A stretch of DNA of 58,278 nucleotides, counting the filler, from Basidiobolus ranarum (Eukaryota): assembly GCA_040143965.1 (NCBI GenBank). It is 9 parts of 9 records of this genome, joined end to end, with 100 filler letters (N's around TTAATTAATTAA, not from the genome) between each part and the next. Parts side by side here need not be neighbours in the genome. Positions count along the whole stretch, not along the records: positions 6,498 to 12,891 come from JASJQH010008201.1; positions 12,992 to 19,380 come from JASJQH010008202.1; positions 19,481 to 25,867 come from JASJQH010008203.1; 6 more parts are not named here. The stretch is one strand, 5' to 3'. Of this stretch, positions 11,211 through 24,339 are shown piece after piece (position 1 is the stretch's first letter; every line of letters begins with the position of its first letter). The position numbers were made by a program, and so were the translations under genes. Under the pieces are notes generated by a model, which worked only from the letters and a program-made list of their open reading frames with translations, was not told the origin of the DNA and ran no database searches.

Positions 11211-12069
11211 ATAGTTACGCTATTCATCACGTTTACTGTATATCTTTCAAACGACCAAGACATCTATATCGCTTGAGAATAGCCAGCGACCCAACAATGG
11301 CATGCGATTAACTATAGTGCCATATCACAGTAATCCAAAGCTTTTGGCGTTTTCTTACAAGTCTTTCTCAGGTACATATTTGTAAATATTACTCTCTCAC
11401 CTGATAACATTCTGCTCTACTACGTTCTGAAGAATGGTGATTTTATTCTTTGAGATACTCCTGAAAACGGGGTATTATAAAAGAAGCACAAATCATTAAT
11501 ATGGGTCAGAGTTCAGATGCTGAAATAGTGAGTGGATTATTATGTGCTTTCACTCTATACTTTAGTTCATAGTGTTGAGCATCCGAGATTGGATATATAT
11601 GATATATTTGAGATAGATTGCTATTCAGACAGAGTAACCGAAGTTAGTAACTACAATCGTTGTAGTTAAGGATTAATGGTTTACAACCTTTTCTAACAAA
11701 TATTGTGAGAATCTAGAGTTCTTGTGAAATGGAATATCCTTGGACTTGAACTTCAGTGAACTGGTCTGTATACCTTTCAAGGAAATGCAAATGACACAAA
11801 ATGATGTCGTTTTCAGAATATCTATAGAAGTTAAGTAATTGAGAGACTACTTAAAAGAATATAGCAGCGTTATGTTACTAAGGTGCTAAGAAAGTTGGTA
11901 AAACTATTTACGAAGTTTTGGGTGTGTTTATCCAAAATATTTTCCTTACATTTCTTAGATATATCCCAAATATATACAATGATTTAGACTTACAAAATAG
12001 AAAGCAAACATCAATACAAATATTCAGGTGCTTAACTCCAATATTTCAAAACACACAAGTATAACTATA

Positions 12070-12891
12070 TGTTAAAAAGGACATGGCTTAAGCATCTATA
12101 TAGTCCTATAGTTAGCTCCCTAAATTTCACTATATTATTATTCAATATCTTCATGAGGAATTTACTTAAAATATTGAGACCAACTTGGAAGTTCTCAGAT
12201 TATATGATTTTCTCAAACTTGTCCAAGAGACCCCAAGCTTTGTGTTGAAATTAGCATTGCCTACACACCTATATAGTCATATTTAGCTTAGTATTTAGTT
12301 ATCCTATATTGAACTAAGATATTAGCCATTATTTGATATCGGAATATTACTTCGAATATTTTTACCAATTTTGAAGTTCGCAGATATATAGATTTTTCAA
12401 ACTTGTGCTAGAAGCCCCAAATTATGTACACATGTTTCCGAGACCTTCATCAACACCTTTTACATGTTAGATTATTTATATCCTTACAAAAGTATAGATG
12501 TCAACTTTAAAGTCAATAAATCTATAAGTGATAAGCACCAGTCCATCTAGCTCTCCAAATCAGCTCCAACATGTTAAAGTATTTGGGAGCCTGTTGGAAG
12601 TGGTTTGGAGAATTAGAGAAATTGGTGGTTTTCACTTATTGATATATTGAGTAGAAAGTTGACATTTATACTTTTGTTAAGAAATAAACAATCTAACTTG
12701 TAGAATGTGTTAATAAAGGTCCCAGGAACATGTGCGCAAAGTTTGGGGCTTCTAGCACAAGTTATCAAAATCTATATATCTTCAAACTTCTAAGTAAATT
12801 CCTCATGAGAATAATGGGTAATATCTTAGTTCAATATAAGACAACTAAATACTAAGATATATATGACTTTTTAGGTGTTTAGGCAATGATA
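12070..12891. mobile_element. Cluster of three family A LTRs: truncated variant 12070-12242 (+), 12243-12571 (+), 12572-12891 (-)
   Basis: TGTTAAAAAGG start, a new TGTTGAAATTAGC start at 12243, then ...CTCCAACA|TGTTAAAGTATTTGGGAGCC where the inverted copy begins. Confidence 0.88.
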
Positions 12892-12991
12892 NNNNNNNNN
12901 NNNNNNNNNNNNNNNNNNNNNNNNNNNNNNNNNNNTTAATTAATTAANNNNNNNNNNNNNNNNNNNNNNNNNNNNNNNNNNNNNNNNNNNN

Positions 12992-14075
12992 ACAACAAGA
13001 ATGATACCTATTTCGAATTGCTAGAATTCCAAAGATGCACAGCAAATCACAGTTTTTTCATCAAAACAACCAGTAGTAGGATCCTTGTCTTGGAATTATA
13101 TGGGGATGGCTCAATCATAGCAACAAATGGTCTAGAAAAAGCAGCCCATCAAAGCAATTTCAGATGACTGATATGGGTGAAATAAGTTATTTTCTTGCAA
13201 TCCAAATCAAGAGAGATAAACCCAATCCAAAAATCATAGTGAATTGGTCTGGATACATCCCAGACATCCTAAAATGCTTCAACATGGAGAATGGCAAGCC
13301 TGTATTCACACCAATAGATCTCAACGTGAAATTAATCAAAATTTCATTCAATTCAGCCCAAAATGACAAAAATCAAAGCCAGGAGTTCCCTTATCAATCC
13401 ATGATGGGTAGTTTAATGTATACAATGGCTGGAACATGTCCAGGTATTGCTGTGGCAGTGGGAACTGTCAGCTAATATCTCAAAAATCCAGGATCTGAGG
13501 ACAGATCTGCTGTAAAACCATTACTTGAGTATTTCAGAGGAACTGTAGATCTAGTTCTGGAATACCACACCACTACTTATGCACAAAATTTTGAAGGCTA
13601 CAGTGATGCAGCCCAAGGAAGAAATCTTGCTGATAGAAGTTCTACAACTTGGTTCACTTTTCTCTATGGCATTGGAGCCATAACTTGGAATAGTAAAAGC
13701 AACCAATGGTAGACTTGCCACTACAAAAGTAGAGTATATGACTGCCTCTGCTACTGCACAAGAAGCTATGTGGCTAAGGGAGCTATTTACAGACTTAGGA
13801 TACATGTAAAAATGCGTTATTAGTGTGTTTGAAGACAAGTATAATTGTGTTTCCTTGGCTAAAAACCCTACATTTCATGCTAGAACAATAAATATAGATA
13901 TTACGCATCATTTTGTTAGAGAAGCAATAGAGAATGATATAATTGAACTTGTCTATTAGCTCACTGAAGAGATGACTACCAACATCTTAACCAGACCTTC
14001 AGCTAAAGCACACTTTGAAATATTAAGAAATAAGTCAGGTTTGAGAGAAATACAAAATAATTAGTTGAATGGGAA
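12992..14075 (+). mobile_element. Copia family B RT/RNase H, decayed, ending in a PPT
   Basis: MTDMGEISYFL.IQIKRD, YQSMMGSLMYTMAGTCP and RNase H remnants; GAATGGGAA PPT before the LTR. Confidence 0.9.
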
Positions 14076-14427
14076 TGTTGATATTTGGTAAATAGCAAGT
14101 CATGAATTAGTGGTTGGTATACTCATATTCTGATTATTTAGCACTCAATTCTACCGTTCAAAAATGTGTCTTTATTGCTTTAATTGACAGAAAAAACAAT
14201 TACATCACTTTCACCAATTTTCACTATTTCCTCAAGACTTCTACCGCTCAGCTCAAATTTTCATCCATGCTTGACAGGCATGTTTGTTATGATCCAAACA
14301 TGTGCCATAGTCTTACTATGTAGTTTACTATTAATAGGACATATTCAATTCAATAAAACTTAAGTGTCTAATTTACAAATCCAAATCTGGTCCAAAACAC
14401 TTCCAAATCACCTAAGCACTTTTATCA
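14076..14427 (+). mobile_element. Family B LTR (352 bp) shared by two tandem elements
   Basis: TGTTGATATTTGG...TTTTATCA, preceded by a PPT and followed by the PBS-like GGTTATGAACAC. Homologous to 21057..21408. Confidence 0.85.
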
Positions 14428-17400
14428 GGTTATGAACACAGAGCTAGCTGTTAAAGGAATGTCTACCAGTACTGTCACCAATGTTTTGCATGGCCCAAGA
14501 AAATTGATGTTTAAGACTTGCACCTTTGGAAGTTCTAGATGCATATGGTGCTAGAAGACAAATGCTTTTGCAGATTTGTTATAGGAGAAGAAATAGAGCC
14601 AAAGGGAACACCAGAAGCTATTCTTGTGTGTCACAAGAAGCAGAGGAAAGCACTTTCTACCCTTTGTCTATATCTCACAGACTCTCAATTGAGGCACCTA
14701 CAATCAGCCAATAACTTCCAAAACTCTTGGGAAACACTTGAGGAACTATAGGAGACTAAAAGTCTAGCTAAAAGCTATATCTTAGGCCAAAATTATACTC
14801 AATTTAGATGAACTCTGATCATAATATGCTTAATCATATAAATCATATAAAAACTATGGCTGATCAGCTCTCATCTATTGAAGCACCTCTAAATGAAGAT
14901 GACTTAGTCATGACACTACTTGAGAGCCTGCCAGATGAGTTTAGGAACCTCATAACTGCCCTTGAATCAAGATCAGAGCCATGAACAATGGAATATGTTA
15001 GTGCTAGGCTTTTGAATAAGGAATTAAGGAGATCTAATTGCCAGCAAAATAATGCAGAACAGGCATTTTTAGGAGCAGTAAAACATCCAAAAGACTTTGA
15101 TAATGATGCCCCAAATAGAAAATCAAACATCTGCAAGTATTGCAAGAAACCAGGCTATTTAATCAAAGTTTGCAGAAAAAGGATCTTTGCCAAAAAGCTA
15201 AAATTGGAACAAGCAAATCAAGTAAGCACTGATATAGATCATCCAGTTGCATCTGCCCTATCAGTAATCAATAAGAAGACTGAGAAGTGTGGTACATTGA
15301 CTCATAAGCTTCCCAGCATATGTCAAGCAAGAAAGATTGTTTTTCTAGCACAAAAACAATTCAAACAAGGAAAGTCCACTTAGATGATAACTATGCACTA
15401 GATGCAGTTGGGAAGGGCACAGTTGTGCTCAACCTAGACTGAAATTCAGCTACACCACCTGCAAAATTGGATGTTGTACACTATGTACCAAATATAGACA
15501 AGAACCTAATCTCAGTAAGCCAAGCAATAACTCAAGGACCAAATGTTGTGTTCAGCAAGGTTGGATGCACTATCACAGATCAGAATAATATGAAATTAGT
15601 TACTCAGCTTAAAACTCCAAACTTACACAAGCTAGAAATCAACAAATTGCTTTCTAAGCATACAAACTTGGCCAAAGCTGATGGAATAGGCTGTCAAACA
15701 TGGCATAGAAGATAAGGTCACATTGGAGAACAAAAACAGACCCAAAAGCTTCAAAACCAACTTGTTTCTGGTATACAAGTCAAATATATCACTACATTGG
15801 ATCTGCGTGAAGGTTGCATATATGAAAAACATCACAGACCACTGTTTTCAAGCTCTGGATAACTCAAATTCACTCAGATGCTTGCCCTGATTCTTTCTGA
15901 TCTATATGGGCCAATGAAAAACATGTCACTAGGTGGGAAAAGGTACTTTATGAGCTTTATTCATGACAAAAAAAGAAATACTTGTATATTCTTACTCCAA
16001 TCAAAATCTGAAGCCTTAGCTACATTCAAGCACTAAAAAGCAAAGGTAGAGAAAGAATCAACACAAAATAAAGGTACCAAGGAGTGATAACAGTGGAGAA
16101 TACTGCTCAAAAGATTTTACTAGTTTTTGTTTTAAGCATGTAGTTGAGCAGCCAACTACTGTACCTTATAATCCACAGCAAAATGGAGTAGCAGAACATG
16201 CAAATAGAACCATAGTGGAGATGGAAAGATCAATGTTACACAATCAAAAGTTAGAATACAAATACTGGGTTGAATCTGTCTCCACTGCAGTCTGTATCAT
16301 CAACAAATTCCCAACAAAATTGCTATAAAAATCTGCTCCACTTGAAGGCCTACATGGACCTAAACCATGTGTGGATCATCTCATGCTCTTTGGTTGCACA
16401 GCATATTGTCTAATTCCAGTTCATAAACTCTCTAAATTGGAACCCAAAGGCAGAAGATGCATATTTCTTGGTTACTGCAATGTATCTAAGGTCTACAGAC
16501 TGTTTGATACCAAAAATCACAAGTTAATTAAGTGCAGAGATGTGATTTTAGATGGAAGAGTAAATTGTTCATTTCAAATCACAGTTCTTGGTTACAACAG
16601 AGGATAATTAATGACCCAGAAGCTCATCCAGAAGGAGAAACACGCCAGGAAACTGGTGGAATACTTCCAATGATCATGTATATGCTTGATATAACATGGG
16701 TATTAAGTCCTTTACCATCAGGAAGAAACCAATTGGTGGCAAATGGGTCTAAAAAGTCACAAACCACGCTGATGGAAATATAGAAAGGTACAAAGAAAGA
16801 TTAGTTGCAAAAGGCTATTGATTTTTATGAAACCTTTGCTACAGTAGCTTTGTTTAACTCCATTAGTTTAATCCTGGCACTCTCAGCCATCCACAACTGT
16901 GATTCGCATCAATTGAATGAATAATCAGCCTCTCTGAATGGAAATGTAGAAGTAAAGATATATATGGAGCAACTGGATGGATTTATAGAGCCCAAAGTTC
17001 CTGATATGGTCCGTATACTGCAAAAATTGCTATATGGACTCAAGCAAGCATCCAGGGTATGGTACAAGAAGTTGAATACCTATTTGGAATCACTGCACTT
17101 CCAAAAATGAACAGCTGATCACAGTATTTTCAGCAAAACAACCAGAAATAGGGTCCTTATCTTGGCAATATATGTGAATAACTTGAACATAGCCACAAAC
17201 AATCTACAAGAACTTAATCAGACAAAAAGCTGTTTATCAAATCAATTTCAGATGACTGATATGGGTGAATTAAATCATTTTCTTGGAATCCAAATTAAGA
17301 GAGATAATCCTAATCAGAAAATCATGCTGAATAAGTCTAGATACATCCCATACATCCTAAAGTGCTTCAACATGGAGAATAGCAAGCCTGTATTAATGCC

Positions 17401-18100
17401 AATGGATCCCAATGTAAATTTAATCAAAATTTTATCCAATTTGGCCCAAAATGACTCAAATCAAAGCAAGAAGTTCTCTTATCAATCCATGGTAAGGAGT
17501 TTAATGTATACAATGGTTGGAGCACATCCAGACGTTGCTGTGGCAGTGGGAATGGTCAACCAATAACTCAAAAAACCAGGACCAGAGCACAAAACTGCAG
17601 TAATATAAATATTCAGGTATTTGAGAGGAACTGTAGAACCAGTTCTGCAATACACTGCCACTCCTGATGCACATAACTTTAAAGGCTTTAGTAATGCAGA
17701 CTGGGGAAGAAGCCTTGGTGATAGAGGATCAACAACTGGGTACACTTTTCTCTAAGGTAATGGAGTCATCACTTGGAATAGTAAGAAGCAGCCAACCATA
17801 GCACTTTCACTACAGAAGCAGAGTATGAGGCTGCCTATCCTACTGCACACCAAACTGTGTGGCTAAGGTAGTTATTTACAGACTTTGGATACATGCAAAA
17901 ATGTGTTTTTACCATATTTGAAGATAATCAAAGTTGTACTTCATCAGCTAAAAACCCAACATTTCATGCTAGAACATAACATATAGATATTAGGCAGCAT
18001 TTGGTTAAAGAAGCAATAGAGAATGATACAATGAACTTACTTGTAGCCCTACTGAAGAAATGATTGCTGACATCTTAACTAAACCTTTAGCTAAAGCACA
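14428..18100 (+). mobile_element. Copia family B gag-protease-integrase-RT-RNase H, decayed, 3' LTR lost
   Basis: Zinc knuckle CKYCKKPG..IKVC, VHYVPNIDKNLISVSQ, TWHRR, integrase PQQNGVAE.ANRT, FGCTAYC..SKLEPKGRRCIFLGYC, LYGLKQA and MIADILTKPL, in copia order with many stops and frameshifts. Confidence 0.92.
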
Positions 18101-19380
18101 GCAGAGGAGGTAGTATCACAATGTTGCTGCATAGTAAGTGCATTGTGCCTAATGTGAAGCTCTGGCTCCAGCTGATCCTCTTTAGCAATATAATCTTAGA
18201 CCTACGGCTAATCCCAAGTGGGCTGATAAAAGGACTATTTGGTGAATAGATATCAGTGAGCATGCCAAAATCTTACTAGGCTCTCAATGGTAAAATTGTG
18301 TAGCTTAGTATTGTATTTTGATAGTAGTAATATGTATGTCTGGTGGAGAAAGCTCCATTGATTTGGCAAAATCTACAGCAACATGGTTTATTGTGCCCAC
18401 AAAAACCTTCAAGTTTACTTATGGCAGGAATGTCACCAAAACCTATGTGCATGTTAGCTTTAACTAAATATTCACCCATCTGAACTACATTAGATAACCT
18501 TTCAAATTCTACATTCAAAGGCTCCAAGAAGCTACACATCAGAACTGGTGATTCAGGCCCAGATGTGATAAATAACATCAAGAAATTAGGCCTGTTATAC
18601 CATTTGAAAGGAGGAAGATTAAGGTTGACTAAAAGTAGGGGCCAGTCTCCTTAAACCATTGCAATACATCCATCTCTGATTTTGCTGATAAATTGTTAAT
18701 CACAATAGCATATAGTACTACCTAAATTTCACAAGCATAATTATTTCACCACTGGTGTGCCACATTGAGAACTCCCAGAATGTATAGTAAGGGCTTATAA
18801 TCTCTAAGCGTTGCAAAAGGTGCAGCAGGGAATGTATCAAATACCAGTATAGATTCAGTTTATATTCTTTACACCTTTAATAGAGTTTTTCATATCCAAT
18901 TACAAAATCTTTGTATAGTGGTTTTATCTGCCTGATATCAGCCAATCAAAATTGATGACATAAGAATAAGTTAACTATATTAACAATATTGACAAGCAAC
19001 TCCCAAAGTTGCCAATACTTATCAGGGACAATTCTTCTTAAAATTCCACTTAAATGTATACAATTCCAATACTTGCAGTGTTTGCATTTTAATAAACACC
19101 TTGATAAGTGGATATTGATTGAAGTCCTGGTGAAATATGATGGTGTCTTGAAGTTTTTAAGCCTTTTCTCAATTGATTCAAAATTTGATCCTATCTCAAA
19201 TGCCTCATTTATATTGAATTTTCCACTATATAGCAGAGTAGTAGTATTGGAATGTTGTTAAACAGTAAATGCCTAATGGGAAGCTCTGGCTCCAGCTGAT
19301 CCCCTTTAGCAATATAATCTTAGGCTTATGGCTAATACCAAGGTTGATGTTAGACTGACTATTTGGTGAATTGATATCAG
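18101..19380 (-). mobile_element. Two tandem fragments of a CACTA/EnSpm-like (Transposase_21-type) transposase, decayed
   Basis: LVNLNLPP..Y, GP..P....FLEPL..EF and GDIPAISKLEGFCGHNKPCCCRFC motifs at ~18276-18650. 18147-18258 is repeated at 19270-19380. Confidence 0.7.
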
Positions 19381-19644
19381 NNNNNNNNNNNNNNNNNNNN
19401 NNNNNNNNNNNNNNNNNNNNNNNNTTAATTAATTAANNNNNNNNNNNNNNNNNNNNNNNNNNNNNNNNNNNNNNNNNNNNTCTGTAACCAGAGAGCAAAA
19501 TATCAAGACAGCTATCCATTAAAATGCATACCTCCACAAGATTAAGACAATGGGTGTTTGATAGATATAGTGAAGCTCTTACAGAGCTTAAAGAACCCAC
19601 AATAGTCAAACACAAACCTCAAGGTAAAAAACACATTCAAATGC

Positions 19645-20075
19645 ATTGTGCCATCTCACAGAGGCCACAGCCAGTCAAAAGTGATGAAGCTTCAACCACC
19701 TTTGAAGAGGCAATAGCTGCCAAGTACAAACTACAAAGTAGATGACAACATCTATTGCCATGTGACCATGGCAATGGCCAGTCAACTAAGATAAAATTTC
19801 CACCATGGTTGAAGCCGCAAAAATTACCCAACATGAACCACAAGATTGAAGACTTGCTTCAATAAGCCCTGCCATGCTACCATGGCCACAGCCAGTCAAA
19901 AGAGATGAAGCTTCTACTGTGGTTGAAAAAGCAATAATCACCTTACACAACCAAAAGGTAGATGACTTGCCCCAACATATCCTGCCACATGACTGTGGCC
20001 ATGGCCAGTCAAAAAGATCAAGCTTCTACAGTAGTTGAATAATCAATAACTGTTGAGCACAAAATACATGTAAGA
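19645..20075 (+). repeat. Four degenerate tandem units of ~107-114 bp
   Basis: Core GGC(C/A)A(C/T)(A/G)GCCAGTCAA..GAT.AA..TT starts at 19663, 19770, 19884 and 19997. Confidence 0.8.
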
Positions 20076-20459
20076 TGTTTCAGGTTAATTTGTAGAGCTG
20101 TGTGCCAGCAGCAATGTTTGGTTGACTAACTAAGTGAAGGCTCCGCATGTTAGAGGAGACTGTGGATACAAATAAATCACAAACTAGTTCAGAGAAGCCA
20201 GCACATACCACAGCTCATTGACCTCAAGCCATAACTCATGCTGTCAAGGTAAAGGTATTTCAGCAGGATCAAATCAACCAACCCTGTGCAGAGGTTCAAG
20301 CAATGTTCTTACAAGGAAATATCAAGGGGACAACAAAGGTAACGGAAGCAAATGTGCATCAGCAACTTCAAACCTGGGCAATTGCTGAATGCTCTTCTTA
20401 GTTCTTGCATTATGCCATCTTTACTGTTTAGCAAAACATGCATCATTGAAATGGATTGT

Positions 20460-20950
20460 AGTAAAATATTGCATGATTGAAATAAATTGTAATACCATAT
20501 TGCATATACTACTTCCATTAGAGCATGTTTGTGTATTTCTTTATGAAACACTGATAGCATAAAAGCATCATAAATCAGAAAAATATGAGGATATTCTATT
20601 AATTCAAGCAATTTTTCTACAAATAAAAGAAAAGGCCTGTCAATAAAAAGCTTGTGTAGCTGGATTGGCTTAATATGGCTCAATCTGAAAACAAACTCAC
20701 CTAATTAGAAGCTTGCATGATAGAATGAATGATTTGATGATCTGAAAATAATGCATAAAGCAATCCTGCTCAATACAGGCTCACTGCATATTGTTCCATC
20801 ATCAAGTGCTGTGACTTGCCACCAGTGCACCAAAACTACAAGTAGTTCATAATGCAGGAGCCATTGAGACTGATTCACAATCAGGATTTTGTGTGAGTAA
20901 GTGATAAATGCATGGCCTATAAGCAAGCAAATGTCCTGGCTATACATTTG
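20460..20950 (+). mobile_element. Possible decayed GIY-YIG endonuclease region of a Penelope-like element
   Basis: Frame-hopping translation gives VIPY..., AQSENKLT, SNPAQYRL and GAIETDSQSGFCVSK, reminiscent of the Penelope EN C-terminus (EA..I...CVS). Highly degraded. Confidence 0.3.
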
Positions 20951-21056
20951 ATTGGGTAAGATACTGTATTAAATGCTTATTGTTACACATTTAAATATTA
21001 ATAAGTTACACACTAGGGGATAAACTTGCATTGTTAGTTACCCAAAATCTGAATTC

Positions 21057-24000
21057 TGCTGAAATTTGGTAAATAGCAACTGAATATTTAGTATTTAGTG
21101 TAATAATATTAGGAATATTTAGCACTCAACTTTGCCATTCAGAAACATGTGTTTATTGCCCTAAATGATAGAAATATCTATTGCATCACTTATACCAACT
21201 TGACTATTTTCTCAAAACTTCTCCAATTCACCTCAGCTTTGCACCCATGCTCTACAGGCATGTTTGTTGAGTATTTAGCAAGTATAATAGCCCTTTTTCA
21301 TAGTAAACTGTAAGTAGGGGAATATTGAATTCAATTTAACCCAAGTGTCTAATTAACAAATCCAAGTCTTGTCCAAAGTACTCCCAAATCCCCTGAGCAC
21401 TTTTATCTGGTTATACAACACAAGGAGCTGTAAAACAAATATTTACCAGAACTATTACCAAAGGTTTTACATCAACAGAGTTGTTTGATGATGATGATTT
21501 TAACCTTTCAAAGTTCAAGATACAAATGGCACCAGATGACAAAGACCTTAGAGGATTTATTGCAGGAGGAGAAATAGAGCCAAAGGGACCATCGGAAGCT
21601 GTTGTTACCTTTCACAAGAGGCTGAGGAAGATACTCTCTGCAACTTGTTTGCATGTCAGAGACTCTCAATTGCAGCACATACACTCAGCCAAAAATGTCC
21701 AAAATGTTTGAAAAACACTTGAGAGACTGTATGAGGCTAAAGGTATAGCTAATATGCCATATTATGGATCAAAGTTACTCCCAATTTAGATGAAATCTGG
21801 TGATTCTGTGGCTAATCATATAGATCACATCCATGCTGTAGCAGAATAGCTCTCATACATTGGAGCACCTCTAAATAAAGTAGACATAGTCATGACACTA
21901 CTTGGGAGACTGACAGATAAGTTTGGGAGCCTCATAATTGCCCTAGAACTATGCTCAGAGCCATCAACAAGGGAATATGTTGAAGCCCAACTTTTGAATG
22001 AGGAGTTAAGAAGAGATAATTTGCAGCAAATTAATGGAGATCAGGCATTTTTTGGAGCAGTCAGATGTCAACAGGTTTCAGAAATGGTGCCTCCAATAGG
22101 AAATCAATCATCTGCAAGTATTGCTAGGAGCAAGGCCATTGATTTTATGATTGCAGGAAGAGAATTTCCACTGAGAAGCTAAAATTAAAACAAGCAAATC
22201 AAGTTAACAAGCAAATTAAGCAAGCACTGATAGGGATTATTTATTGGGGTCTGCCCTAGCAATAACCACCAAGGAAGACTCAGAAACTTGGTACATTGAT
22301 TCAGGTGCATGCCAACATATGTCAGGCAAGGAAGATTGGTTTTTCAGCTCAAAAGTAATATAAACAAGAGTAGCCTATTCAGGTGATGACAAGGCACTAA
22401 ATGCAACTGAGAAGCACACAGTTGAGCTCAACCAAGAAAACATTTAGCTTCATCAGCAGCAAATTTGGATCATGTGCCCTATGTACCAAATAGAGACAAG
22501 AATCTATTCTCAGTAAGCCAAGCAATAGCTAAAGAACTAAATTTCAAGTACTGCAAGGCTGAATCTACATTCACAAATCAGAACATTACAAAACTAGCTA
22601 GTGGCATCAAGAATCAAAGCTTGTGAAAGCTATAATTCAAAAATTGCATTACAAGCATGCAGCCTTGGCCAAAACCAGATAAATAAACTTCCAAACCTGT
22701 CATAGGAGATTGGGACACATTGGCAAACAAAAACCGACCCAAATGATTAGAAATCAGCTTGTTTCAGGTTTAGAAATTGAAAAAGCACCAAATTAGATCT
22801 GCTTGAAGCTTGCATATATGAAAGATGTCACCAACAGCCATTTTCAAGCTCTGCAAAGATCAACACTATTCAAGAACTGACCCAAATGATCAAAATCTGC
22901 TTGTTTCAAGCTCTGAAATTAAAAATGTAACTAAATGAGTTCTGTGTGCAGGTTGCATATATGAAAAACAGCACAGACAGCTGTTTTTAAGCTCTGGAGA
23001 TATGAATGCCACTGAGACTTTTGCCTGGAATCATTCTGATCTATCTGAGCCCTTGAAAAATGTCTCATCAGGTGGCAAATGGTATTCTATGACAGTTATA
23101 GATGACAAAACAAGACATGGTTTATTATTCTTCCTCAAACTATGCTCTGAAGCCTTAAATTGGTCTAGGCACTACAAAGCAATGGCAGAGAAGAAATCAG
23201 CACAAATAACAGGGGTACTAAGAAGCTACAATAGAATAGAATACTGCTTGCAAGACCTTGCCGGTTTTGTTCTAAACATTGATTTAAACAGTACACTTCT
23301 GTACCTTATACTCCTCAGCAAACCAGGTTTGCACAATGTGCCAATAGGACCATAGTGGAGAAGGCAAGAGCAATGTTGGATGATCAAAAGCTACATTACT
23401 CAAATTGAACTCAATCAGACTCTATTGCAGACTATGCCAAAAGCAGATGTGCAGCAAGATTATTACAAAATTTTTCTCCTTTACAAGCCTGTGTTGATTG
23501 AGACCAAGTGTGCATCATTTCAAGATCTTTAGCTACACAACATATTGTCTAATTCTAACTCAAACCTGCTCTAAATTGGAACCTAAAAGCAGTAAATACA
23601 TACTTCTTTGTTTCTGTGGTGGATCTAAAGGCCTACAGACTGTTTGATACCACAAATCACAACTCAATTGAATGTAGAGGTGTTGCTATTGACAAAAAAG
23701 CTAATTATCACCACAGATCAAATTTGTTGATTCAGAAAAGCCCTTCAACACCGTTTGGGAAGTGTCCAGCAGAATCCCACCTCTATCTGAGCCTAATCCA
23801 ACCAAAATTCCAGCCCCATTACATTACAGGATGATTCAGGACCTAGAATATCATCTTCAAGTATAAGTGCACTGGTAACTAGTAGAACACTTCCAACAAA
23901 CATGTGTATGCTAATGAGCATTCTGTGACAGGTTAAGACTTTAGAACAAGCTATGGAGTGTCCAGTATCAGAATTGTTTGAAAAGTAAAGACTGATGAGT

Positions 24001-24290
24001 TTTCTACACTTCAGGACAATAAATAGTGGGTATCAAATCCTCAACCATTGAGGAGAAAGCCAATAGGTTTGAAAATGGGTTTAAAAAGTCATAAACCAAG
24101 CTGCTGAGGCCATAGAACAGCTTGAAGGAAATTTAGTTGAAAAAGATTATTCCTAGACTCCAGGAGTTGATGTTAATGAAATATTTGCCCCAGTAGCTAA
24201 GTTCAGCACCGTTGGATCAATCTTTGCACTCTCAGCTGTCCACAACCTTAAGTTGCAACTTATGGATTTGAAAATACCTGCACTCAAAAC
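21057..24290 (+). mobile_element. Copia family B element: LTR 21057-21408, degenerate PBS, gag to RT start, decayed
   Basis: LTR matches 14076-14427; GGTTATAC follows; protease WYIDSGACQHM; integrase remnants; RT N-terminus. Internal ~140-bp duplication at ~22735-23000. Confidence 0.88.
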
Positions 24291-24339
24291 ACCCCAATAT
24301 GGTCTGTGAGCTACAAGAATTGCAATATATATATATATA

